A stretch of 46,320 nt of DNA from Tubiluchus corallicola (GCA_030141605.1 JAQGDQ010002412.1:1-46320); one strand, 5' to 3'. Positions 21,743-33,504 are shown, numbered from the stretch's first letter. The notes: generated by a model from the letters alone, not told the origin. Made by a program: numbers and translations.

Positions 21743-22915
21743 TTAAGAGTATTCAAATTTTCCAAATGGGGATTTAATAGTTAATTTTTTTCCATTAGAA
21801 TAATTTTTCACATACCCTATAATTTTTGCATCTATGCCAGACTCTTTAATAATACCTATGCATTTTTGTGCTGTATTTTCTGGGAGGTATATTTCCATTC
21901 TATGTCCCATGTTGAACACCTTATACATCTCTTTCCAATGAGTATTGCTGTCTTCTTGAATGAGCTTAAACAGTGGTGGTATTGCAAAAAGGTTGTCTTT
22001 AACAATATGTAAATTGTTAACAAAGTTCAATATTTTAGTTTGAGCCCCTCCACTACAATGAATAATGCCGTGGATTTGGTTTTTTAACTCTTTTACTACT
22101 TTTTTTAGTATGGGAGCGTATGTTCGAGTGGGAGACAAGAGCAGTTTTCCTACATTAAGTGGAATGTTGTCTATCTTATCATCTATTGATTTTTTTCCTA
22201 CATACACCAAATTTGAGGGAATAAGAGGGTCAAAACTTTCTGGATATTTTTGTGCATATTTTTTATCAAGCACATCATGCCGAGCCGAAGTCAGTCCATT
22301 GCTTCCTATTCCGCTATTGTACTCTGTTTCGTGTTTAGCTTGCCCAAATGATGCTAAGCCTACAATAACATCTCCAGAGGTAATATTTTCAGTTGTAATA
22401 ACATCCTCTTTTTTCATTCTTATCGTTACGGTGCTATCCACTACTACAGTTCTAACAGTGTCTCCAACATCTGCCGTTTCTCCGCCAGTAGTTATAACAT
22501 TTATGTCATGGTTTCGTAGCATTTCTAACACTTCTTCTGTGCCATTAATGATAGCAGCAACAACCTCTTTACTTATTAAGTTTTTATTTCTTCCTATCGT
22601 AGATGAAAAGAGTATATTATCAAATGCGCCTACGCAGGCTAAGTCGTCTATATTCATTACAATAGAGTCTTGTGCTATGCCTTTCCATACAGACAAATCA
22701 TTTTTTTCTTTCCAATAGATATAGGCTAACGATGATTTTGTGCCAGCACCATCGGCATGCATTACATTGCAATATTTTGGGTCACCTCCTAAAATGTCTG
22801 GAACAACTTTACAAAAGGCGTTGGGAAATATACCTTTATCTATTTTTTTTATTGCCTCGTGCACGTCTTCCTTTTTGGCTGAAACCCCTCTGTCATTATA
22901 TCTATCTTGTTCCAT
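21743..22915 (-). CDS. purM: Phosphoribosylformylglycinamidine cyclo-ligase (AIR synthase), Bacteroidota type
   Basis: HADGAGTKS, MNIDDLACVGA, GGETADVGD, GSNGLTSARH, LLSPTRTY and VFNMGHR. Confidence 0.95.
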   Translation of the reverse strand: MEQDRYNDRGVSAKKEDVHEAIKKIDKGIFPNAFCKVVPDILGGDPKYCNVMHADGAGTKSSLAYIYWKEKNDLSVWKGIAQDSIVMNIDDLACVGAFDNILFSSTIGRNKNLISKEVVAAIINGTEEVLEMLRNHDINVITTGGETADVGDTVRTVVVDSTVTIRMKKEDVITTENITSGDVIVGLASFGQAKHETEYNSGIGSNGLTSARHDVLDKKYAQKYPESFDPLIPSNLVYVGKKSIDDKIDNIPLNVGKLLLSPTRTYAPILKKVVKELKNQIHGIIHCSGGAQTKILNFVNNLHIVKDNLFAIPPLFKLIQEDSNTHWKEMYKVFNMGHRMEIYLPENTAQKCIGIIKESGIDAKIIGYVKNYSNGKKLTIKSPFGKFEYS

Positions 22916-22929
22916 AAATTTGCTAACTT

Positions 22930-23589
22930 TTATCTTAAATCTATTACTTCAACGCCAGCATGTTTTGACTCATCAAACTCGAAAAAAGAGTCTGATAAGA
23001 TAATGTTAGGTGTGAAACTTTTGATGTGATAAGAGTAAACATTGTTTGAATTGTCATAAATTTCCCAATGGGTAATGTAAAGAGTGTTCTTATCTATTTG
23101 AAAAATAATTTTTTCAAGGGGTGGGTTTTTATGAATGCTTTCATCAGGCGTCAGTTCTATTGTCCAATAGTGCTTATTTTGCTCTGTTTTGTCGGGAAGC
23201 TTCTTACTCTTATATCCTTGAGTGTATATGGAGAATATTTTTGTAAGATTTAAGTCCTCACTATCAGGATTGTGTGTGTCTATGTTTACTTCATTGACCT
23301 CTTTTAAGTATGTCCAAATGGTGGTTCCATTGTTATATATTTCTTGTTCGTCTAATATTAACTTATATTTATCTTTTCTAACATAAATTTCTCCTGAAAA
23401 CTCTTCTTTTATGCTCTCTTTTACATTTTTTAATTCATTAGAAAACGTAACTTTGAATGAAGCGAATGATTGATATTTATCACTGACTTTTTCTATTATA
23501 GATGTCGCTTTGCTCTCATTATTTGATTGAGCAAATAGAGCGCTACAAGTAAAAACAGATAATATAGTGATAATGTATAATTTTTTCAT
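22930..23589 (-). CDS. lolA: Outer-membrane lipoprotein carrier LolA-like protein
   Basis: Signal peptide, NGTTIWTYLKEVNEVNI and VEVIDLR end. Lies directly downstream of ftsK. Confidence 0.88.
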   Translation of the reverse strand: MKKLYIITILSVFTCSALFAQSNNESKATSIIEKVSDKYQSFASFKVTFSNELKNVKESIKEEFSGEIYVRKDKYKLILDEQEIYNNGTTIWTYLKEVNEVNIDTHNPDSEDLNLTKIFSIYTQGYKSKKLPDKTEQNKHYWTIELTPDESIHKNPPLEKIIFQIDKNTLYITHWEIYDNSNNVYSYHIKSFTPNIILSDSFFEFDESKHAGVEVIDLR

Positions 23590-23621
23590 AGCGATATTTT
23601 TTGTTATGTTACAACTGCAAA

Positions 23622-25982
23622 CTACTTTAGCTCTTGCAAAAACTGTTCCAATTGATATTCATTAGATATCAACACCTCTCGGGCTTTGCTGCCTTCAAAG
23701 GCACCTACGATGCCGGCTTGCTCCAATTGATCCATTAACCGTCCAGCCCTATTGTATCCTAGTTTTAATTTTCTTTGAATTAACGATGTGCTTCCTTGTT
23801 GATGCCGCACGATTATTCTAGCAGCCTCCTCGAACAATTCATCTCTTTCCTGCAAGCTGTCACCCGAAAGAAAATTATTTGATTCTTCTACATATTCGGG
23901 TAGCATGTAAGCAGATGCGTATCCTTGTTGATTGCTTATAAACTCACATAAACTATCTACTTCTGATGTGTCTATGAAGGGGCATTGTAGGCGTATCATT
24001 TCAGAACCAAAAGAGAACAACATATCTCCTGCTCCCACTAATTGTTCTGATCCGCCTGCATCTAATATCGTTCGGGAGTCTATGTTGGAGGTTACCCTAA
24101 ATGATAGGCGAGCGGGGAAATTCGCTTTTATCAAACCTGTAATTACCTTTACAGAAGGACGTTGTGTTGCCAATACTAAGTGTATACCCACTGCCCTAGC
24201 TACTGCGGCTAATCGCGATATTGGTGCTTCTAGTTCTTTGCCTGTAGTTACCATCAAATCGGCATATTCATCTATTACTAATACTATATAAGGCATGAAT
24301 TTGTGGCCTTTTAATGGGTTAAGTCTACGCTGTGTAAACTTAACATTATACTCTTTTAAATTTCTGCAACCAGCTTCTTTTAATAACAATAGGCGGTTAT
24401 CCATTTCAATGCACAAGGAATTTAATGTATATATTACTTGTTTTGTATCTGTAATAATTGCCTCATTATTGTTAGGTATTTTTGCTAAAAAATGTTTCTC
24501 TATTTTGTCATATAGCGTGAGTTCTACTCTCTTGGGATCTACAAGCACAAATTTTAGTTGCGAAGGGTGTTTTTTGAACATCAAAGAAGCCAATAAAACA
24601 TTAAGCCCGACTGACTTTCCTTGTCCTGTCGCTCCTGCCATAAGCAGGTGAGGCATTTTAGTAAGGTCTACTATATAAATCTCATTTGCAATGCTTTTAC
24701 CTAACAATACGGGCAGCTCGCATTGAGTATTTTGGAACTTTTCACTACTAAATGCTGACCTTAACCCTATAATTTCCCTGTTTTTGTTCGGAACTTCAAT
24801 ACCTATGGTGCCTTTTCCCGGAATAGGAGCGATAATTCGTATACCTAATGCTGCTAAGTTTAGTGCAATATCATCTTCAAGATTCTTTATTCTTGAAATC
24901 TTAACACCAGCTTCTGGCACTATTTCATATAGCGTAACAGTTGGGCCTATGGTAGCTCTTATGCTGCTGATATTTATTTTAAAGTTGGTTAGTGTTGTGA
25001 TGATTTTATCTTTGTTTTGCTCCAGTTCTTCTTTTGTAACGTGAAAACTGGACTTTCTTTCGCTTAAAATGTGAAGCTCTGGATATTGATACGAAGATAG
25101 GTCCAAGGTAGGATCATACACTTCTATATTTTCTTCAACAATATCACTTCGTTTTTCTCCTTCCTCTTTTATCTCTTCTTTTTCTTGTGTGGCATTGTTA
25201 TACATTGCCAAATTGTTTTCATCTATCAACAGGTTTATTTTGTTCTTATCAGTAGAAGAGGGAGGGGAAGGGGGAGCAGAAATTTCTTCTGTATCATTGG
25301 CCAAGCCTACGTCTTCCAATGCATTGGGTGTTCTTGTATTTGTCTTTTGTTCTGGCTCTGGTTTTAGAGTTGTGTATTTTTCTTTTTTTATCCGCAAAAC
25401 AAAATAAATAAGTAGAGCAAATATCAATACTAATATAGAGCCACCCCCAAAAAGAGTATCAAGAAAATAGGCTGCTTCATAGCCGAATAACCCTGATATA
25501 ATAGTTAACTTAGACCATCCTTCAGGGTTAAAAGATAAATAACCCAAAAATAGAGTTCCCCAAACAGAAAAAAATATTGCATCAGGGAAAAATTGATATA
25601 TAGGTTTTATTTTCTCAGAAGGAAATAGTATTCTATAGCCAATTAAAAATAAGAGTATTGGGATTATAAAAGCGGTGATACCAAAGCTTCGATATATTAA
25701 CCAGTCGGACAAATAAGCTCCTGTTAAGCCAAACCAATTGTGTGTTTCTTGCTTTATTGCTTTCAGTGGCGTTTCACTAATGTTTTCTACAAGGGCTTGA
25801 TCTGCAAAACCTGTAAAAAGATATGACATAAAAGAGAAGAATAATAGAATGGCAACTAAAACAAGAAAAACACCAGTAATATATTGTGCTTTGGAGTTTT
25901 TTAAAAAATTAATTTTCACCTCTTTCTTTAAGTGAACTTTGTTTTTCAGTAAGTGATTCTTTTTTAAGGTGTTTTGTGCCAT
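23622..25982 (-). CDS. ftsK: DNA translocase FtsK
   Basis: 4TM N-terminus, PHLLMAGATGQGKSV, LVDPK, IDEYADL, ATQRPSV and gamma domain GYNRAGR. Confidence 0.97.
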   Translation of the reverse strand: MAQNTLKKNHLLKNKVHLKKEVKINFLKNSKAQYITGVFLVLVAILLFFSFMSYLFTGFADQALVENISETPLKAIKQETHNWFGLTGAYLSDWLIYRSFGITAFIIPILLFLIGYRILFPSEKIKPIYQFFPDAIFFSVWGTLFLGYLSFNPEGWSKLTIISGLFGYEAAYFLDTLFGGGSILVLIFALLIYFVLRIKKEKYTTLKPEPEQKTNTRTPNALEDVGLANDTEEISAPPSPPSSTDKNKINLLIDENNLAMYNNATQEKEEIKEEGEKRSDIVEENIEVYDPTLDLSSYQYPELHILSERKSSFHVTKEELEQNKDKIITTLTNFKINISSIRATIGPTVTLYEIVPEAGVKISRIKNLEDDIALNLAALGIRIIAPIPGKGTIGIEVPNKNREIIGLRSAFSSEKFQNTQCELPVLLGKSIANEIYIVDLTKMPHLLMAGATGQGKSVGLNVLLASLMFKKHPSQLKFVLVDPKRVELTLYDKIEKHFLAKIPNNNEAIITDTKQVIYTLNSLCIEMDNRLLLLKEAGCRNLKEYNVKFTQRRLNPLKGHKFMPYIVLVIDEYADLMVTTGKELEAPISRLAAVARAVGIHLVLATQRPSVKVITGLIKANFPARLSFRVTSNIDSRTILDAGGSEQLVGAGDMLFSFGSEMIRLQCPFIDTSEVDSLCEFISNQQGYASAYMLPEYVEESNNFLSGDSLQERDELFEEAARIIVRHQQGSTSLIQRKLKLGYNRAGRLMDQLEQAGIVGAFEGSKAREVLISNEYQLEQFLQELK

Positions 25983-26150
25983 GGGGTAAACCAAATATGT
26001 ATTTACATACAAAGTAAACATTTTTTATAGTTTTTTTTAATGTTAGTAGGTTAATTTTTTTACACACACAAAAAATTAATTACTGTGCTCCTTGACACAA
26101 TTGAGAAAAAAGGTATAAAAACTATGATATTAAAGCACTATTTTAATTGG

Positions 26151-26813
26151 CTACCAGTCTATTATCTGCATGTTTTTGTCTCTCAAATACTCATTTGTTT
26201 GGCTAAAATGTCGGCATCCTAAAAAACCTCTATTGGCAGAAAAAGGAGATGGGTGCGAGGAGGCTAATATATGGTGTTTGCTGGAGTCTATAAAATTGAT
26301 TTTTTGTTGAGCGTAGGCTCCCCAAAGTAAAAAAACAACGTGGTTTTTTTGTTCAGATATAAGCTTTATTACAGCATCTGTAAAGGTTTCCCAACCCTTA
26401 TTTTGGTGCGATCCGGCACTATTTGCTCTTACAGTTAGCGTAGCGTTGAGTAACAAAACGCCTTGTTTTGCCCAGCGTGTTAGGTTGCCAGACTGGGGTA
26501 TATCTTTGCTTAAATCGCTCTTTATTTCTTTGAAAATATTGACTAACGAAGGAGGAAATGGCACGCTATCATTGACAGAAAAACATAGTCCGTTGGCTTG
26601 TCCTTTTCCATGATAGGGATCTTGTCCCAGCACTACTACCTTCAAATCGTCAAAATGACAGTGTTCAAAGGCGTTAAAAATCTCTTTTCCGCGAGGATAA
26701 ATTTTGTGTTGACTATACTCTTCTCTTACGAAAGCTGCCAATTTCTTAAAGTACTCTTTTTCAAATTCCTCTTGCAGTGGTACTTTCCAAGAGGGGGCAA
26801 TTTTTACGTCCAT
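26151..26813 (-). CDS. ung: Uracil-DNA glycosylase (family 1)
   Basis: GQDPYH, FPPSLVNI, GVLLLN and HPSPFS. Confidence 0.98.
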   Translation of the reverse strand: MDVKIAPSWKVPLQEEFEKEYFKKLAAFVREEYSQHKIYPRGKEIFNAFEHCHFDDLKVVVLGQDPYHGKGQANGLCFSVNDSVPFPPSLVNIFKEIKSDLSKDIPQSGNLTRWAKQGVLLLNATLTVRANSAGSHQNKGWETFTDAVIKLISEQKNHVVFLLWGAYAQQKINFIDSSKHHILASSHPSPFSANRGFLGCRHFSQTNEYLRDKNMQIIDW

Positions 26814-27003
26814 TATTCAATTTTTGATTTGTCAATGTTAAAAAAGCACTTCAAATATAAGAAATAAAAATAGGTAAAAAAAGCATCATTGATGTAATTT
26901 TGTTTGGTGTGTTATTCATTTTTGTTGCTACGAAGTTTCTCTTAACAAAATATTTTTTCGTTTTATTAAAACTCTGCTGTAAACAACACTAAAACGTTAA
27001 TAA

Positions 27004-27818
27004 TTAGTAGCTTTCGTTATCATTAGGAAAGTTGGACTGTTTTACATCTTGTATGTAGCGAGTTATTGCGCTGTGTATGATTTGATGCAGGTCGGCATAT
27101 TTTCTTACAAACTTTGGGCAAAACTGATTGTTCATTCCCAACAAATCATTTACCACAAGCACCTGTCCATCAACATGTTTTCCTGCTCCTATGCCTATAA
27201 GTGGTATTTTTAGAGTTTCTGTAACTTGCTTGCTTAGTTTAGCAGGTATTTTTTCTAGCACTACTGCAAAGCACCCTGTTTTTTCTAATAGCACTGCATC
27301 ACTCTTTAACTTTTCTGCTTCCGCATCATCTTTTGCCCGTAGCCCATAGCTACCAAACTGATTGATAGATTGCGGGGTGAGCCCCAAATGCCCCATTACA
27401 GGTATTCCTGCATTAGTTATTTTTTTAATGGCTTTTTTCACTCTTTTTCCTCCTTCTATCTTCACAGAAGCATTGGTTTCTTTTATTATCTTCATACAGC
27501 AGATTGCAACGCTAAGTGTGGGTCTCCTTGATAATAGCCAAAGGGTATATCTACGACTGTTAGAGCTCGCTTTGTTGCTTTTGTCACGGCAGAAGCATGA
27601 TAAATCATTTGGTCAAGGGTAATGGGTAGTGTTGTTTCATTGCCGGCAAACACGTTAGATGCAGAATCACCAACCAAAACAATATCTATAAGTGCTTGGT
27701 CTAAAATTTTTGCAGTTGTATAGTCATATCCTGTAAGCATAGATATTTTTTCGCCCCTCTCTTTCATTGCTTTTATATCCGATACTGTTATTTTGGATAG
27801 TTTTTCAGATTTCATCAT
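27004..27818 (-). CDS. panB: 3-methyl-2-oxobutanoate hydroxymethyltransferase, split at 27492-27495
   Basis: 5' ORF has LTGYD and LVGDS; 3' ORF has [22 protein letters not shown] and DGQVLV. Confidence 0.93.
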
Positions 27819-27844
27819 TAAGTTTTATTTTCGTTCGTATGATT

Positions 27845-28348
27845 TTAGTATAAATAAACTAAAAAATTATCATTGCTAAATACTACTTCTACATGTTCAT
27901 TCAGTGTTGTCATGAGTTCATACCCTTTATATTTTGCTTTTACAGGAAAGGATGCGTGATTTCTTTCTACTAACACTGCAACTTCCATTTTTTTTACGCT
28001 GGCATCCAAGAAAGGTTTGAAACTATAAACAAAAGTTCTTCCCGTATTGAGCACGTCATCTATTAATATTACTATATTGTTTTCTATTAATTTTGTGTTA
28101 CAATCTAGTGTTATTTTGTTTTTTGCTGGCTTACGTTTGTCTATGCTTAGTTTTGTTATTTTCACGCCAATAGAGGATATGGCGTTTAGTTCTTTTGCTA
28201 TTAGTGTGGCTAATGTCATGCCTTTATCTTCTATCCCAACAAACACTAAGCTTTTCTCTTCATAATTATTTTCGTAGATTTCAAATGCAATGCGTTTGAT
28301 TTTTTGTAAAATCTGTGTGTTGTTGAGTATTATTTTTTTATCTTTCAT
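27845..28348 (-). CDS. Phosphoribosyltransferase-family protein (PyrR-like)
   Basis: KIKRIAFEIYE and the PRPP loop VILIDDVLNTGRT. Confidence 0.85.
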   Translation of the reverse strand: MKDKKIILNNTQILQKIKRIAFEIYENNYEEKSLVFVGIEDKGMTLATLIAKELNAISSIGVKITKLSIDKRKPAKNKITLDCNTKLIENNIVILIDDVLNTGRTFVYSFKPFLDASVKKMEVAVLVERNHASFPVKAKYKGYELMTTLNEHVEVVFSNDNFLVYLY

Positions 28349-28376
28349 GACATTTTGGTCTTATTAAGGTTGATGG

Positions 28377-28384
28377 CAAAGTTA
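28377..28384 (-). promoter_or_regulatory. Bacteroidota -7 promoter element
   Basis: TAACTTTG(C) on the minus strand upstream of the PRTase gene. Confidence 0.6.
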
Positions 28385-28488
28385 CTAAAAATAAAGAGTA
28401 AAATGAAAAAAATAATGACTATTGTATAGTGTTTGGTACAAAATGGAGTTTTTGAAAAAGTTAGTGTTTTTTGTTTGATAATATGTTT

Positions 28489-28496
28489 TAATTTTG
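28489..28496 (+). promoter_or_regulatory. Bacteroidota -7 promoter element
   Basis: TAATTTTG(C) upstream of the ATG at 28514. Confidence 0.55.
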
Positions 28497-28513
28497 CTAA
28501 AAAAATTAGTATA

Positions 28514-29290
28514 ATGGAATTGTTTTTTAGAAAGCATGGAGAAGGGAAAACGCCCCTATTGATTTTGCATGGCTTGTTGGGGATGTCTGACAATTGGATG
28601 TCTTTTGCCAAAAATATGCCTGATGATTTTCAAGTTTATTTACTTGATTTACGAAACCATGGAAACTCTCCACATAGTGATGTTTTTAACTATCGCGTTA
28701 TGGCTTGTGATGTAATGGAGTTGATAGAAAAAGAACAGATTATATCGCCTATTATTTTAGGGCATTCCATGGGTGGAAAGTTGGCAATGCAAATAGCCTC
28801 TGACTATTCTGATGTGGCTTCAAAGTTAATCATAGTTGATGTAGCCCCCAAGTCGTATACTGTTATTCATCAGCCTGTTTTTGAGGTGATTAACAAGATA
28901 GATATTGCTAATATCAACAAAAGGCAAGAGATAGATGCTCTAGTGGCAAGAGATATTCCTGATTTTTCTGTTAGGCAATTTATACTAAAAAATTTAACAA
29001 AAAACAAAAGTAGTATGGGGTTTAGATGGAAAATGAACCATGCTATTATTGAAAAACAGCTTGTACACATAATGCAAGAAATTCCTGTTGCAAATACAAT
29101 ATCTACGCCCACGATATTTATAAGAGGGCAAAAGTCTAATTATATATCTGACAATGACATTATTGCAATAAAGGAACGATTTTTAAACGCATCTGTACAA
29201 ACAATTGCCAACGCTGGGCATTGGATACACGCCGAACAACCAAAATTGCTAATGAACATGATAGTAAATTGGGTTCGCCAACAAAAATGA
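28514..29290 (+). CDS. Alpha/beta hydrolase, YbfF-like esterase
   Basis: LHGLLG, DLRNHG, GHSMGGK nucleophile elbow and AGHWIHAEQP. Confidence 0.92.
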   Translation: MELFFRKHGEGKTPLLILHGLLGMSDNWMSFAKNMPDDFQVYLLDLRNHGNSPHSDVFNYRVMACDVMELIEKEQIISPIILGHSMGGKLAMQIASDYSDVASKLIIVDVAPKSYTVIHQPVFEVINKIDIANINKRQEIDALVARDIPDFSVRQFILKNLTKNKSSMGFRWKMNHAIIEKQLVHIMQEIPVANTISTPTIFIRGQKSNYISDNDIIAIKERFLNASVQTIANAGHWIHAEQPKLLMNMIVNWVRQQK

Positions 29291-29322
29291 CTACTTAACA
29301 AGCAATGTTTTTATAGCCTTGC

Positions 29323-29865
29323 TTACAGATTGTATATTACCCCAAATGTAAAAAGTGCGTGATTTGCTCTACTTATGGCATATTTAATTTCTAACAGTGC
29401 TGCTAATTGTTCTGTAAGCCCCCATGTTGCTCCTCCGCCTATATTGAAGCCAGCAAAAGAATTAGACGCAGAAGAACTACCAGAAGAAGGAGGGGATGTG
29501 TAAGATGAAGTTACTCCTACTCCTGTGATGTTAAGCCCTCCTAATAGGTAGAAAGAAAGCTTTTCTTCTTTTGTTAAAAAGTTGTAGTGTGCATCAAGAT
29601 CCAACATCCATAGCTTATATTTTGTTTTTGAGGTTGCGCCAGCAAAACTATGCTTATCTGTTTTTGAGAAGAAAAATGTAAAACTTCCTTTAATGTCAAT
29701 AGGGAGTTCAGCAACCTCTTCAATAGAATAAAGTCCCCTTATGTTAATGCCTGCAAAATTTTCCATATTTGTTGGAACTGAAAGCCCGCCACCTACTTTT
29801 ATTTGTGCATAACTACCGTATGCCATAGTAAAAATGAAGATAAATAATAAATAGCGTTTTTTCAT
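29323..29865 (-). CDS. Small outer-membrane beta-barrel protein
   Basis: Signal peptide, amphipathic strands (LDAHYNF, GFNIGGG) and C-terminal FGVIYNL. Confidence 0.8.
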   Translation of the reverse strand: MKKRYLLFIFIFTMAYGSYAQIKVGGGLSVPTNMENFAGINIRGLYSIEEVAELPIDIKGSFTFFFSKTDKHSFAGATSKTKYKLWMLDLDAHYNFLTKEEKLSFYLLGGLNITGVGVTSSYTSPPSSGSSSASNSFAGFNIGGGATWGLTEQLAALLEIKYAISRANHALFTFGVIYNL

Positions 29866-30105
29866 ATCTGTTGATGTTTATTTTAAATTACATTTTTTAT
29901 GTTTTAGCATTTTAAAAAAGCAAAAATAAAACGAAATTTTAGAATTAACAAAAAAGCACTCAAAAAACAGTTATCATTCAAGTGGTAATAAATATATAGA
30001 GGAAAGTCATTAGGTATGATGCTTTCGGGTTGTACAATTTTGGTCATTTTTTTGTAGCTTTTTTTTTGTTCTATGTTTTTTTTATAACTTGCTTTTAAAA
30101 TTAGA

Positions 30106-32084
30106 ATGATGAGAAAAGTAAAGATATTATATGTGTTATTATTTTTGTTGGGATTAACAATGGCAACGTTTGCTCAACAAAAACAATACTCAACAACATC
30201 AAAAAAGCGATCAAATTTTACAGAGGCGGAGCTAAAAATAAAAGGAAGAGATTTTGATGATGCCATAACGCTACTTCAAGGAGCAGTGTCCAAAGATTCA
30301 AATTTTGTTGAAGCACACTTGATGTTGGCCTATTGCTATGAGCTGCTTGTAATGTTTGAGGAAAGAATAAAGGAGTTAGAAATTGTACTGCAAATTGCCC
30401 CAACAGATCTAAAATATAGAAGCATCTATTATTTATTGGGAGATGTTTATTTTCATAGAGGTGAATATGATAAGTCGCTGGAATTTTTTACTAAATTAGC
30501 AGAGCTGGGAGGTTTACCAAATGTAAAGTTAGAAAAAAGTATTGATGAGCAAATAGCTAATGTAAGGTTTGCTGTTGAAAACCGACAAAATCCTATAAAA
30601 ATAAATCCTAGGCCATTGTCTGACAAAATAAACATGTTTCAGTTTCAGTACTTTCCTGTGCTAACTGCCGATGAGCAGACAATATTTTTTACAAAACGCA
30701 GTAAAATGTCTGATACAGAAAGTATATTTTATAGTACGAAAGATGACAAAGGCAATTGGCAGCAATCTGCTCCTTTATTTAATTCTTCTTCTTATAATGA
30801 AGGCACTTGTACCGTTTCTGCAGATGGAAGGGTGTTGATATTTACTGCTTGCGAGGGGCGATTTAGCTATGGAAATTGCGATTTATATATAACATATAAA
30901 ATTGGGAATACTTGGACGGAGCCTAAAAATCTGGGTGAAAATATAAATAGCGCGCATTGGGACTCACAACCTTCTTTATCAGCAGATGGAAATACACTTT
31001 ATTTTGCTTCAAAAAGATTAGGAGGGCATGGGGGAATAGATATTTGGGTCTCTTATAAAGCTGAAGATGGTAAGTGGAGTAAAGCAGAAAATGTGGGAGC
31101 ACCAATTAATACCAAATATGATGACTTGTCTCCCTTTATTCACCCTAATAACAAGAATTTATATTTTGCCTCAAAGGGGCACTTGGGTTTTGGAGGATAT
31201 GATATTTTTGTTGCTTCAAAGACAGAGTCAGGTTGGGAAGAACCTGAAAACTTGGGATACCCAATAAATACACATGAGGATGAGTTTTCGTTATACATTA
31301 GTCTTGATGGGAAAAAGGCTTATTATACTAATGAAACGATGGATATAAATAAAAAGCCAATAACAGGCAAAATATATACTTTTGATATAGAGAATGCTAC
31401 AAACACTTTGGTAGACTATGAAAGTATTTTATTAAAAGGGGTAATTTATAGCCAGAAAAAAGATAGAGATGGGAAAAACAAGCGATTGAGTGCTAAAGTA
31501 CAGCTGTATGATATAGAAAAAAATGAACCTATAAGTATTTTTTCTTCTGATAGCGTTTCAGGAGAATATATGGCCGTTTTGACGGAAGGAAATAGAATAG
31601 CAATGTATGTAAAAGCCCCAAATCACCTATTTCTAAGTCGGTCATTTGATATAAAGGAGAACGAAACAGAGAGATATATAACGCAAGATTTTTATTTACA
31701 ACCTATTACTGAGGGTGCTTTGGTAACATTACACAACATTTTTTTTCAAACTAATTCTTATTTGTTAGATGAAAAATCTATTACAGAAATAGAAAGAGTA
31801 GAACAATTTTTAAAAAATAATTCTAATGTGCATATAGAAATTTCAGGGCACACAGACGATGTAGAAGTGATGCTTATAATATTAATTTGTCATTAAGGCG
31901 AGCAAAGGAAGTATATGACTTTTTGTTGAGTACGGGAGTAGACGAACGTAGAATTTCATATAGGGGGTATGGAAAAGATAGACCTAAGGTGAGCAATGAT
32001 ACAGAAGAAAATAAACAGCTTAACAGAAGAATAGAGTTTGAGGTTATAGATATAGAAGAAAAACAAAAAAATATCATTGACTAA
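30106..32084 (+). CDS. TPR-PD40-OmpA domain protein, PorE-like (frameshift near 31864)
   Basis: TPR region, PD40 repeats (PSLSADGNTLYFAS, SPFIHP) and the OmpA motif. IEISGHTDDV-G-SDAYNINLSLRRA is restored by one G; LNRRIEF lies in the 3' ORF. Confidence 0.88.
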
Positions 32085-32132
32085 ATTTAAATTAACTAAG
32101 AAGAACGCTTATTTGATAAAATAATAGAAAAT

Positions 32133-33504
32133 ATGTCTACTTTTGAACAAAAAAAAATACACTTAATATCTATAGGAGGAAGTGTGATGCATGCACTAGC
32201 TATTGCTTTGAAACAGAAAGGACACATTGTTTCAGGGTCTGATGATGAAATATATGAACCTTCTAAAATGAAATTAAAACAAGAAGGACTTCTACCCTCA
32301 AAGATGGGTTGGGATGCCGATAGAGTAACCCCTGATATAGATGCCATTGTTTTAGGGATGCATGCTAATGATGAGAACCCAGAATTAGTTAAAGCTCAAA
32401 AATTGGGACTAAAAGTATACTCTTTTCCAGAATACATTTATCAAGAATGTATGGATAAATATAGAATAGTAGTGGCGGGAAGCCATGGAAAAACAACCAT
32501 TACTTCTATAATTATTCATGTATTGGGTTATTTTAATAAGAAGTTTGACTATGTATTGGGAACAAACCTAAATGATTCTGATAACTCTGTTCGGTTGTCA
32601 GACGATACTCCACTGGTGATTATTGAAGGTGATGAATATACAGACTCCATTCTTAGTAATACTCCTAAGTTTTTGAAATATAAACATCACTTGGGGGTGA
32701 TTAATGGCATTGCTTGGGACCATATTAACAAGTTTCCCATATTTGAAATGTATATAGAACAGTTCAATAAATTTGCTAATGCAACACCCAAAGGAGGAGT
32801 ATTAGTACTAAACCAAGATGATGAAATTGCTAAGAAAATGGGAGATAAAAAAGGGATGATGTAAAAAGTGTATTTTATTCAGCGCACCCCATACTATCAT
32901 AGAAGAAAAAACCTATTTGATAGCACCAAATAAAGAGCAAATACCATTAAATATTTTTGGCTTGCACAATATGATGAATATAGCATCAGCAAAAAAAGTA
33001 TTAGAGCAGATAGGTATCACAGAAGAAATGTTTTATGAAGCTATTGCCTCTTATGAAGGAATACCCAAAAGAATGGAGCTTATTGCATCAAACGCGTCAA
33101 CGTCAGTATATTTTGATTATGCGCACGCTCCATCGAAAGTATTGGCGACCGTATCTTCAATAAAAGCCCAATACCCAGATAGAGAATTAGTTGCTGTTTT
33201 GGAGCTGCATACTTATAGTAGCTTAGATAAAAAGTTTATTAAAAAGTATAAAAACACTTTGCAAAAGGCAGAGCAGGCTTTTGTATTTATAAACTCAAAC
33301 AATAAAAAAATAACCAATCATGAATTGGATACAATAAAGGTAGTAAGAGCTTTTAAACATAAGGATCTGAAGTTTATCACATCAATAGAGCTGTTGCAAA
33401 AGGCACTTCAATCAATTAATTTTAAAGATAAAAATGTGATTTTTATGAGTTCGGGGAATTTTGATGGTTTAGACGTGGGGAAATTAGCTAGCAATAATGT
33501 GTAA
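32133..33504 (+). CDS. mpl: Mur ligase family protein, Mpl/MurC-like (two apparent 1-nt deletions at about 32850-32890)
   Basis: HLISIGGSVMH, VSGSDD, AGSHGKTT, EGDEY, WDHIN, DYAHAPSKV, ELHTYSS and MSSGNF. Confidence 0.82.

Noticed and set aside
22065-22718. 217-aa plus-strand ORF
   Set aside because: Lies wholly antisense to purM, with a Ser/Thr/Phe-rich mirror composition typical of shadow ORFs.
28345-28611. Short ORFs spanning divergent promoter gaps (also 34434-34679 and 43054-43329)
   Set aside because: They overlap real genes or promoters, have AT-rich low-complexity translations and show no motifs.
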